Assembly (NCBI GenBank): GCA_036646635.1
Contig: JAVXLU010000003.1
Coordinates: forward strand, 1-45,621
Reading direction: 5' to 3'
DNA: 45,621 nucleotides
Origin: Romboutsia sp.
GTDB taxonomy: Bacteria > Bacillota > Clostridia > Peptostreptococcales > Peptostreptococcaceae
Shown here: positions 38,005 to 45,621 of the stretch, one piece after another
How the letters are laid out: each line of letters begins with the position of its first letter
How positions within the stretch are numbered: position 1 is the stretch's first letter
The notes under the pieces: generated by a model
Database searches by the model: none
What the model was told of the DNA's origin: nothing
What the model saw: the letters and a program-made list of their open reading frames with translations, nothing else
Made by a program: the position numbers and the translations under genes

Positions 38005-38331
38005 TTAATTATAATACTGTTCCAAAATACTTTTATATTCTTCTTCAAAATTATTATTTCTTTCTTCATCATCATATAACTTACAATACTCTTTAAAAGT
38101 CATTAAATTAAAATCTATTTCATTATCAACATTATAAACCTCTAATATATCTTTATTCCTACCTTTAAAGACTGCTATATCCATACTATCCATATAGCCA
38201 TATAGATAATTATTTTTTATTCTTTTTATTTCTTTTATAGATAAACATTTAATAACTTCTAAATCTCCAATTAGCTTATTATTTTTCTCTAAATCCATTC
38301 TAATACCTTTTATTAATTCATCCTTAGTCAT
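38005..38331 (-). CDS. hypothetical protein
   Basis: 108 aa ORF. Confidence 0.65.
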   Translation of the reverse strand: MTKDELIKGIRMDLEKNNKLIGDLEVIKCLSIKEIKRIKNNYLYGYMDSMDIAVFKGRNKDILEVYNVDNEIDFNLMTFKEYCKLYDDEERNNNFEEEYKSILEQYYN

Positions 38332-38350
38332 ATTATTAAACCTTCTTTAT

Positions 38351-38659
38351 TTATTCTTTTACCAATATTGTTTTAACTGTATTGGAAAATCCAATATTTT
38401 CTATACCATAATCTTCAAAAAATTGTCTAATCTTTTTTTCTAATTTATCTGTAATTATTGGAATATTAATATATCTATCGCTTATATATTTATCAACAAC
38501 CAGCAAGTTATAAGTTATTATACCGCAATCTATATTATGCTCTATATATCTTAAACAACTTCCCTCTTTTTCTAAAATTAAATTTAAATGATTTATCATC
38601 ATTCTTGTTGGTCTATTCATAATTAATGCTCCTTTAATATGTATATTTCTTACAAACAA
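38351..38659 (-). CDS. hypothetical protein
   Basis: ORF; true start probably MNRPT after AGGAG. Confidence 0.6.
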   Translation of the reverse strand: MFVRNIHIKGALIMNRPTRMMINHLNLILEKEGSCLRYIEHNIDCGIITYNLLVVDKYISDRYINIPIITDKLEKKIRQFFEDYGIENIGFSNTVKTILVKE

Positions 38660-38717
38660 TCTATTTTAAATTTTTCAAATTCCTTAAATTTTTTATTTAA
38701 TCTCTTTTTTTCTTCTT

Positions 38718-38933
38718 CTAATTTTCTTCTTCTAATTTTCTTCTATGATACTTAAGTAATTTATTTAATAATTGCTCTTTTTCTTCGTATTTTCCTTGTA
38801 TAGACATCCCGCTTTTATCTTCATGCCATGTACATAACAATCCCTCTGATATATTTTGAATCTTTTTGTATTCTACATAACAAACATCTTTGTTATTCTC
38901 TTTTAACACTAAAAATATTTCTATTCCATTCAT
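38718..38933 (-). CDS. hypothetical protein
   Basis: 71 aa ORF with AGGAGG RBS. Confidence 0.65.
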   Translation of the reverse strand: MNGIEIFLVLKENNKDVCYVEYKKIQNISEGLLCTWHEDKSGMSIQGKYEEKEQLLNKLLKYHRRKLEEEN

Positions 38934-38964
38934 TTTCCAACCTCCTAAATTCTATTTATAACAT

Positions 38965-39213
38965 TTATTCAAAAATACTTCTATCTGTGATAATATCTGT
39001 TATTTCTACTAATCCGTTATAGTTTGTATAGTCTTCTATTACATTGTAATAAATATTAACAAAATTATCTTTTTCATCATCGAATAATAACGCTCCTTCT
39101 TCGATATCAAAGTCTAATCCTATTCCACCATCTATATGTTTAAACATATTGTTTACTTCAAAAATTGTTATCTTATCGCCTATTTTAATAGGTAAGCTAT
39201 TTATATTAATCAT
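38965..39213 (-). CDS. acidic hypothetical protein
   Basis: 82 aa ORF with GGAGG RBS. Confidence 0.65.
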   Translation of the reverse strand: MININSLPIKIGDKITIFEVNNMFKHIDGGIGLDFDIEEGALLFDDEKDNFVNIYYNVIEDYTNYNGLVEITDIITDRSIFE

Positions 39214-39256
39214 TTTTCACTACCTCCATATATTTAAATATTGATTTTATAAACCT

Positions 39257-39586
39257 TTAGAAACAATATCTTTTGCAATCCACTTTTTTGTCTATTAGGC
39301 ACCACATTAATTTGTTGTATTTTTTAAACGTTCTATTTAATTCCTCTTGATAATCATTGTCTCTATTGTAGTCCATTATACAATCCCTTATAAAAAATAT
39401 ATCTTCATTTGAAAGTTGTTTTAAATTTATTTCACTTATCTTTATAAGTGTTTTATTGAACTCTTTGTCAAATAAATTTTTAACCTGTTCTGATCCGTAC
39501 ATATCAGCATTATATTTTAGTTGTTCTTTTATATTTTTAGCAGTTCTTTGCAATACCATATTTATAATTTTTTGTTCGTTCTCCAT
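39257..39586 (-). CDS. hypothetical protein
   Basis: 109 aa ORF with GGAGG RBS. Confidence 0.65.
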   Translation of the reverse strand: MENEQKIINMVLQRTAKNIKEQLKYNADMYGSEQVKNLFDKEFNKTLIKISEINLKQLSNEDIFFIRDCIMDYNRDNDYQEELNRTFKKYNKLMWCLIDKKVDCKRYCF

Positions 39587-39722
39587 TTTTCATTACCTCC
39601 AATTATTTAAATCATTGATTTTAAATAATTACCAACCTAAATTTATATTTATTTTTTGGCCAGCCATAAGGCCGAATAATTTAGTTTTGCTTCTATATTT
39701 TTTTACTATTAATTCATGTCCA

Positions 39723-40289
39723 TTATTTTCTAATACAGTCCCCCTTTTGTAATCTATTCATTATATCACTGGCCACAAAATTTACTTTTTGACCAACTTT
39801 AAAATTTTTTATAATATCTTCTGTTAACATATTATAAGTTTCTAATATTTCTATACCTTCAAAATTATTCATTAAGGCCTTAACATCTTTTAAGCTTAAA
39901 TTAATAATACAATTGTTTTCTATATAAATATTGTTAATCATTACTGGTTGGCCTAAACTTTGTTTTAGCACTTTAAAATTATTCTTTTTACAAAACTTAA
40001 TAACTTCCTTTTGTATATCTTTGTTTATATATACATCGGCCACAACACTTGGAAAATTTGTATCTATAATATAATTATATTCTTCTTCTAAATTCTCTAT
40101 ATACTGGCCATCGTGGCAGTTATTCATTAAATAATATACCTCTTCATTATTAAGGCCTTCAATATCTTCTATTGTATAAGCTCCATTATTAAGATCTTCT
40201 AAATACTTAAAGTTTTGATTTTTATACTGGCCATAAAGTACCATTACATTATTCATTATTTCTTTGTTATTTATAACAATTTCTTCCAT
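39723..40289 (-). CDS. hypothetical protein, gene unusually rich in GGCC sites
   Basis: 188 aa ORF with GGAGG RBS. Confidence 0.7.
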   Translation of the reverse strand: MEEIVINNKEIMNNVMVLYGQYKNQNFKYLEDLNNGAYTIEDIEGLNNEEVYYLMNNCHDGQYIENLEEEYNYIIDTNFPSVVADVYINKDIQKEVIKFCKKNNFKVLKQSLGQPVMINNIYIENNCIINLSLKDVKALMNNFEGIEILETYNMLTEDIIKNFKVGQKVNFVASDIMNRLQKGDCIRK

Positions 40290-40332
40290 ACTTCCATTCC
40301 CTCCACTATATTTAAAAGATTGATTTTATTTA

Positions 40333-40683
40333 CTAACTAATAAATTTCAAAATATCATTTGATAGTTTTTTCTCATTTCTTTGATATGAAATACTCGTAA
40401 TTTCCCTATTAGTAGCTTCTCCATAACTATTTACAAAAACTTTATTCTTATTTTTTTCTTCAGTTGCTTTCTTATTTTTTAATTCTAAAACTTGCAACTC
40501 TTTTAATAACTCTTTTATTTTCTTGCTTCCTTCTCTCCATTGTTTTAATATTGGTTCTGCTTTTTTATTGTTAGGATCTTCTCTTGTTGGTGTTGGTATA
40601 GAATTAAATAATTTTATATTAAGTTCTTTTTGCCTATTTATTTCTTCTTTTAATTTATTAATTTCCATTTTCTTATCCTCCAA
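40333..40683 (-). CDS. hypothetical phage protein
   Basis: Coiled N-terminus, FVNSYGEATNREITS C-terminal motif. Confidence 0.65.
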   Translation of the reverse strand: MEDKKMEINKLKEEINRQKELNIKLFNSIPTPTREDPNNKKAEPILKQWREGSKKIKELLKELQVLELKNKKATEEKNKNKVFVNSYGEATNREITSISYQRNEKKLSNDILKFIS

Positions 40684-40700
40684 AATTCTAATTAAAATAC

Positions 40701-40955
40701 TTATTTTATCTTAACTATATCTACTTTGTTTATTATGTATTTTGTATTATAAGGTGTACTTATAATAATCTTATTTTCTTCATCTTTGATATAACCTTCA
40801 TGATCTAAAGAGTTTAACTCTAAAATCATTTCATTATATTTATTTTCTAAAGCAACTACTTTTACAACACCAAAAGATGCAATTTGTAAAAATTTTAAAT
40901 TATTCGATCCTTGTATAATATTTTTAACTTTATATTTTCCACATATACTTTTCAT
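40701..40955 (-). CDS. hypothetical protein
   Basis: 84 aa ORF. Confidence 0.6.
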   Translation of the reverse strand: MKSICGKYKVKNIIQGSNNLKFLQIASFGVVKVVALENKYNEMILELNSLDHEGYIKDEENKIIISTPYNTKYIINKVDIVKIK

Positions 40956-41062
40956 AATTTAAAAAGTCCTTTCTTAAATCAATTTTTATATTTTTCCTAT
41001 ACATTCCTTTTGCGACTAGAAGGATTTGATATTTACTAGTGCTCAACCTCTTTACAATTATT

Positions 41063-41112
41063 ATTATATATCAACTCACACATTAAGTCAAGTATATTTT
41101 AATATTTATTTA
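41063..41112 (-). promoter_or_regulatory. sigmaA promoter with conserved upstream element
   Basis: TTGACT-N17-TATAAT preceded by TAAATAAATATTAAAATATAC. Confidence 0.85.
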
Positions 41113-41271
41113 ATATATCAAACATAAAAGTTTTCCTATTACCATTCCTAAGCTGCAACTTATAGTTATCATTAATATATTTTTTCCTACCTTTAAAATA
41201 GCTCTCTTACGTTTTTTGTACACTTCCCTATTTATATATATTGTAAGCATTCTTTCTCTCTTAAATTCCAT
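41110..41271 (-). CDS. 53 aa basic protein with C-terminal TM helix
   Basis: Hand-translated MEFKRERMLT..ILMITISCSLGMVIGKLLCLIY; AGGAGG RBS. Confidence 0.6.
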   Translation of the reverse strand: MEFKRERMLTIYINREVYKKRKRAILKVGKNILMITISCSLGMVIGKLLCLIY

Positions 41272-41304
41272 TGTAAGCCCTCCTGCATGTATAGTAACTT
41301 TTAA

Positions 41305-41667
41305 TTAATATTCCCCTGTATTTTTTATACTTAAATAAGTTTTTACTATTTTATCAAGCTCTGTTTGATTTTTAACTTTATAATTCCAATCTCCCAATTC
41401 ACATGGTTGGAATTCATATAATCCACTTTTTTCATTAACTAAAGTAAAAGAGCCGTCTGTGTATTCTGTTACTACTTCCCCTTTATTTAATTTAAAGTCC
41501 TTAGTAGATTCTCTTAATATTCTTTTTACTTTGATATCTTTATTCGGTTTTACTGTACTTGTTATTACTTGTTTTTCATTTTGTAACCTATTTATTTTTG
41601 TTCCCATGCCTACACCTAAAATAAATATTCCTATCATTAATATTAGTACAATTGTTCTATTCTTCAT
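41305..41667 (-). CDS. membrane-anchored hypothetical protein
   Basis: N-terminal TM helix. Confidence 0.7.
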   Translation of the reverse strand: MKNRTIVLILMIGIFILGVGMGTKINRLQNEKQVITSTVKPNKDIKVKRILRESTKDFKLNKGEVVTEYTDGSFTLVNEKSGLYEFQPCELGDWNYKVKNQTELDKIVKTYLSIKNTGEY

Positions 41668-42196
41668 TTTTAACTACCCCTTTTAAGACATTTCTATATT
41701 TTATCAATTCTTCTTTCTTATATTGCTTATATTCAAAATTATCTTTATTGTCTCTTATTTCTTCTTTAAGCTCTATTATTATATTTGTTAATTCCTCTAT
41801 TTTTCCCATGTTACTAAAATTATCATTTTGATCTACATTAAATATATCCCTTTGATTAAAAATTAATAAATATTCTTCTTTTTTCTCTAAATCATTGTAT
41901 ATTATCACTAAATAAGCATTTTTATTACTTTTGTACTTTATTGGGAAAATAATCTTATTCTCTTTCATTCCTCTTAACATAATATTTCTTATGCTATTGG
42001 TTGCGTTCTTTAATCTATATTTTAGTAAACTGTCTAAAACATAGTCTTTTTCTTCTTCTATTATTGATGTTGCTTTTATAATTGCACCGTATACCTCTAT
42101 ATCAAAACTATCACCTAACATTTTTTCATACTCTTCTATATCTGTGTTTTTAAGTTTTATTAATGCATTTAAGTTTACAATATTCATTTTATACAT
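41657..42196 (-). CDS. hypothetical protein
   Basis: 179 aa ORF with AGGAG RBS. Confidence 0.65.
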   Translation of the reverse strand: MYKMNIVNLNALIKLKNTDIEEYEKMLGDSFDIEVYGAIIKATSIIEEEKDYVLDSLLKYRLKNATNSIRNIMLRGMKENKIIFPIKYKSNKNAYLVIIYNDLEKKEEYLLIFNQRDIFNVDQNDNFSNMGKIEELTNIIIELKEEIRDNKDNFEYKQYKKEELIKYRNVLKGVVKNEE

Positions 42197-42306
42197 CTCC
42201 TATTATTTAATTATTGATTAAGTTTTTCTTGTATTTAAAATTAAGAACAAATTTTAAATAATATTTCGCCAGATTGGCTTATGATCTATCCCCTAACCAC
42301 AATTTA

Positions 42307-42356
42307 ATTATAATATAAAACCATCATTTTGTCAAGTGTATTTTAAAATTTATTTT
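42307..42356 (-). promoter_or_regulatory. sigmaA promoter with conserved upstream element
   Basis: Perfect TTGACA-N17-TATAAT preceded by AAAATAAATTTTAAAATACAC. Confidence 0.88.
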
Positions 42357-42954
42357 ATTTAAGATTTAATTGTTGTTTTATAGTTTTCCATACTGCTTTT
42401 ATATCTTTCTTAGCTGGTGTAATATCTCCATAACTTGCTTCATAGGTGAATGTATCTCCATAAAAATTATCATCCACTTCTGGACAACGTGAAGCTTGTA
42501 TATTATATTCTTCTAATTCCTCTTTGAATATATCTTCTATCTTATCAACCATATCCCCTAATTCATCACCAGTATAAACTTTAGAATTCAGCTCTATGGA
42601 AATACTTTGGTATCTTTTTATGCCGTCTAAATCATTTTCTTCCCCAAAGAATTCAGTTGCAAAATCTAATTTTGCATTTATCAATTTCTTTTTGCTTATT
42701 ATATCTATATAAACAACTTTTCTTTTTAGTGCTTGCTTTTCCTTTGTTAATCGATTGAATGCACATATTTGATCAGAATGTCCGTCAACAATTTCGTATT
42801 TATATTCTTTTAGCTCTTCAACATCAGCCAATTTAAAATTACCTATTAAATCAACTCTTATTCTTTTTGTAATGCCTTCTTTAACCTGGTCTATTCCATA
42901 TATAAAATATTTATTAATCTCTATATTACTTGTTACTACCATTATTATTACCAC
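42355..42954 (-). CDS. hypothetical protein
   Basis: ~195 aa ORF, acidic C-terminal half. Confidence 0.7.
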   Translation of the reverse strand: MVIIMVVTSNIEINKYFIYGIDQVKEGITKRIRVDLIGNFKLADVEELKEYKYEIVDGHSDQICAFNRLTKEKQALKRKVVYIDIISKKKLINAKLDFATEFFGEENDLDGIKRYQSISIELNSKVYTGDELGDMVDKIEDIFKEELEEYNIQASRCPEVDDNFYGDTFTYEASYGDITPAKKDIKAVWKTIKQQLNLK

Positions 42955-43055
42955 CTTTTAATTGTTATAGTAAAAGATATCTACACTTTAGATTTTTAGA
43001 ACCGTGCTAGAAATGCACTTTTGTGTAAAAGGTTTATCTCTTCCTTACAATTATT

Positions 43056-43105
43056 ATTATATATCATTTCGCATATTAAGTCAAGTATATTTTAATATTT
43101 ATTTT
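43056..43105 (-). promoter_or_regulatory. sigmaA promoter with conserved upstream element
   Basis: TTGACT-N17-TATAAT preceded by AAAATAAATATTAAAATATAC; near-duplicate of 41063-41112. Confidence 0.85.
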
Positions 43106-44268
43106 AATAATTCCATTATCTCTTTATCTTTTTTGAATATTGTTTTAGCTCTCATTATTATATCTATTTCATTATTAGTTTTATTATTTCTAAAAAATGA
43201 TATTCCATTTATTAATAATAAGTACTCCTGATCATAGGTGAACTTACTATATACTAATCTAATATTACGCTTATTTTTTTCTATCCTCTTATATATTAAT
43301 ATATTATCGTCTGTATATACTTCTATCTTCTCAGTCGTATAAACAGTATCGTTATTTTTAAATGTATATATTATATTCACTTCTTTTATAGAATAATATA
43401 AATTATATTTTTTTCCTTTTCCTTGTTTTATTATTTCTTTTCCATCTATATAAACCATAATTTCATATCTAAAATCATATAAATATTTTTTCAGATCATT
43501 AACATAAAAAATTATATTTTTTTTCTTATCTATTATTTTATATTTTTTTTCACTATATTTTTTCTTATATTCTTTTTGCTGAATATAAAAAATATCTCTA
43601 TCCTTTTTTCTCTTACATTGTATCAATATCATAATTTTTTCTTCTATCATATCCATTTCATTATCTAACATTGTCAATTTTTTTATCAATGAATTTTTTC
43701 TATCGTTGTATTTAATATTATTTTTGTCTATTTCCTTTTTTAATTTAATTCTAGTATTTATTAATCGATCAATCTCATTATCTAATATTTTAATTTCCTG
43801 ATTTAATTCTTCATGTATATTAACCTTTAATAACATAATACCTGGATTGAAGTCAGACTTAATACAATAATCATAAGCTTTATTGTAAGAACTAAAGAAG
43901 CTATTTCCTACTGTATGCCCGTTGTAAATTTCTATATTGTTATCTTTGAATTCATTAACTTCTATCTCGTTGAGTTCCTCAATTTCCTTAACTTTAAATG
44001 CCATTATATCGTCAAATCTTTCCATAGTATTATATACTCTTAGAATAGCGTTTAATGCTGCTTTACGTCTTTTATATTCCTTCTCTACACCATTTATATA
44101 TGTTACTATGTAATCATTGTGTATACGTGCTATTTTGAACTCTTCATATACTCCATAAGTCATATAACATTTAACTGTAATATCTATATACTTATCTTTG
44201 AATTCTGTGTTTGTTGTTATTACCTCTTTTATATATTCTAAATCTGATACTTTTAATATACCTGACAT
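43099..44268 (-). CDS. hypothetical protein with central coiled coil
   Basis: 389 aa ORF with AGGAGTG RBS. Confidence 0.7.
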   Translation of the reverse strand: MSGILKVSDLEYIKEVITTNTEFKDKYIDITVKCYMTYGVYEEFKIARIHNDYIVTYINGVEKEYKRRKAALNAILRVYNTMERFDDIMAFKVKEIEELNEIEVNEFKDNNIEIYNGHTVGNSFFSSYNKAYDYCIKSDFNPGIMLLKVNIHEELNQEIKILDNEIDRLINTRIKLKKEIDKNNIKYNDRKNSLIKKLTMLDNEMDMIEEKIMILIQCKRKKDRDIFYIQQKEYKKKYSEKKYKIIDKKKNIIFYVNDLKKYLYDFRYEIMVYIDGKEIIKQGKGKKYNLYYSIKEVNIIYTFKNNDTVYTTEKIEVYTDDNILIYKRIEKNKRNIRLVYSKFTYDQEYLLLINGISFFRNNKTNNEIDIIMRAKTIFKKDKEIMELLK

Positions 44269-44350
44269 ATTGTTTCACTCCTTTTTAAAAAACTAGGTGA
44301 TAATAACTACACCTTTTACGCTCTATCTTTTATTATCACCTATATATGAT

Positions 44351-44461
44351 CTAAACAAATAGCTGCAGCACTGTATTAATTATTGTTATCGCGACTGCTA
44401 TCGCAGCTAATATAATTATTAGTTTGATTTGTGAATCAATTTTCTTATCATTCTTATTCAT
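44351..44461 (-). CDS. 36 aa single-TM peptide
   Basis: MNKNDKKIDSQIKLIIILAAIAVAITIINTVLQLFV; AAGGAGTG RBS. Confidence 0.7.
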   Translation of the reverse strand: MNKNDKKIDSQIKLIIILAAIAVAITIINTVLQLFV

Positions 44462-44511
44462 CTTGTTACACACTCCTTTATATGTTAGAATTATTTAAGG
44501 TAAAAGATTTG

Positions 44512-44546
44512 TAATAGTAGAAGGAGTTCCATTCCTTCTACTATTA
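44512..44546. terminator. 14-bp perfect hairpin between the two peptide genes
   Basis: TAATAGTAGAAGGA-gttccat-TCCTTCTACTATTA. Confidence 0.75.
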
Positions 44547-44552
44547 GATTAC

Positions 44553-44690
44553 TTATTTAAAGAAACTAATTAAAGTTTTTATAAATGTTAGTAATCCATT
44601 TAAGATTGAAAAGGATAAACTTACAACCGTTAATCTTAAAATTAATGTTTGTAAACTTTTATCTTTTCTTTTACCCTTGTTTTTCTTCAC
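44553..44690 (-). CDS. 45 aa basic single-TM peptide (type I toxin-like)
   Basis: GTG start, MKKNKGKRKDKSLQTLILRLTVVSLSFSILNGLLTFIKTLISFFK; AAGGAG RBS. Confidence 0.7.
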   Translation of the reverse strand: MKKNKGKRKDKSLQTLILRLTVVSLSFSILNGLLTFIKTLISFFK

Positions 44691-44766
44691 TTTACAAATC
44701 TCCTTTTTAATATTTATTTAAGATGTGAGAAGGTTTGTTTTATGTATCTCACTACCTTATATATAC

Positions 44767-44816
44767 ATTATACTATTTAATGGGTGGTTTGTAAAGTGTA
44801 TTGTTGAATTTATTTC
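44767..44816 (-). promoter_or_regulatory. sigmaA promoter with conserved upstream element
   Basis: TTTACA-N17-TATAAT preceded by GAAATAAATTCAACAATACAC. Confidence 0.7.
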
Positions 44817-44984
44817 ATTAACAATCTATGAACGTATAGAATCAATTCTAATCGTTTCATATAAGTTTCAATAACCTTTTATACCTAATACATATGTAAC
44901 GCTACTATAACCCTTTATAGAGTCTTATATACTATCATAATCTATAATACTATTATGTTAATGTAATATGTTAACTGAATAGAT

Positions 44985-45120
44985 AATCGTTGTTGTTTAA
45001 TCTTTATTATCTTATAATCATTATTGTTTAATCGTTATTGTGGTTAGTTGTATTTTATTGTTTGTTGATGATTGTTTAATAATTATTGTTTGTTAAGTGT
45101 TTTGATTGTTTAATAATCTT
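44985..45120 (+). repeat. imperfect TTGTTTAAT / TTGTT repeats in long non-coding end
   Basis: TTGTTTAAT at ~44993, 45024, 45072, 45106 within a TG-skewed tract. Confidence 0.6.
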
Positions 45121-45621
45121 ATGTACGAAACTTTAGTTATTATATTTCTACCCTACTACCAGTAAATGGATACGTCAAAATACATATATTTACTTTTGTG
45201 TTTTTATCCTAAATATTACTTTTATTTACATATATTTAGAAAAATTTACCTACTAACATTTTTATCCAATACCCTTTAAAGCCTTATATACCAACACTTA
45301 GCACTGATTTTTATTATCAATAGTTTTATTTAATTTATTTCGTTAAATGAGTATTTAGCGAAATTTTATCAAGCTTGTTTTTATCCGATAAGGGGGGTTA
45401 GTTTACAATAATTAGGGGCTTGTACTCTTCCATATTTTCCCGAACACTTCCATCCACACACCTTTCCATATATTTTTACAACTTCCTACTCCTTAAATTA
45501 TAAAAAAATCCTATCGTATGTGTTATCGTAAAGTACCTGTTTTGCTGTATATTTTTATATATCAAAAATCTATTTTTCCTTCCATAACAAATCCACTACT
45601 CTCCTACCCCTTGCTATAACT

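Larger units (their letters stand above)
1..45621 (-). mobile_element. segment of a large SPbeta-like temperate phage/prophage (early, lysogeny and nucleotide metabolism region)
   Basis: Co-oriented dense small ORFs, phage-type tdk/ligase/RNase H/RtcB, YopQ/YopR-like pair, no host housekeeping operons; boundaries not inside window. Confidence 0.85.

Noticed and set aside
40990-43050. Structured leaders or riboswitches after the promoters at 41063, 42307 and 43056
   Set aside because: Only short, weak stems visible and no recognisable Rfam motif; cannot be supported without covariance search.
1974-43231. All plus-strand ORFs in the supplied track
   Set aside because: Antisense shadows of minus-strand genes (Phe/Ser/Leu/Ile-rich, no RBS); not reported as genes.

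Overview
Very AT-rich, almost entirely minus-strand segment of a large temperate phage/prophage (or phage-plasmid) of a clostridial-type Firmicute, organised like the early/lysogeny/nucleotide-metabolism arm of SPbeta-like phages; no virion genes, rRNA, tRNA or CRISPR array were seen. Read in transcription order (right to left): a ~850 bp non-coding end, two small single-TM peptide genes resembling a type I toxin locus, a run of small early genes behind strong sigmaA promoters, a 951 aa polyvalent protein and an N6-MTase/SF2-helicase fusion, a lysogeny-type module (LexA-box-controlled 81 aa gene, DGQHR/YopQ-like protein, catalytically degenerate tyrosine-recombinase-fold MrpR/YopR-like repressor, orphan MazF, TPR protein), many small hypothetical genes, KptA, a CD-NTase+SLATT CBASS moron, guanylate kinase-like gene, DNA ligase, a DUF2135-containing protein, Abi-alpha-like gene, PnuC, nucleoside deoxyribosyltransferase-like gene, thymidine kinase, RNase H, RtcB, DUF2971 gene and a PspA operon. 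The most unusual signals are non-coding: (1) an array of seven consecutive one-gene units each closed by a 12-bp TAGTTYRCAATA-type site fused to the stop codon, with a second mini-array holding a paralogous unit 10 kb away; (2) a 16-bp quasi-palindrome TAAAA-N6-WTTTA at many gene junctions, bracketing the defence morons; (3) a conserved 21-nt element abutting the -35 box of eight promoters (candidate repressor operator); (4) nine GGCC sites packed into one 600-bp cassette. All family calls are by motif recognition only; no database search was run.
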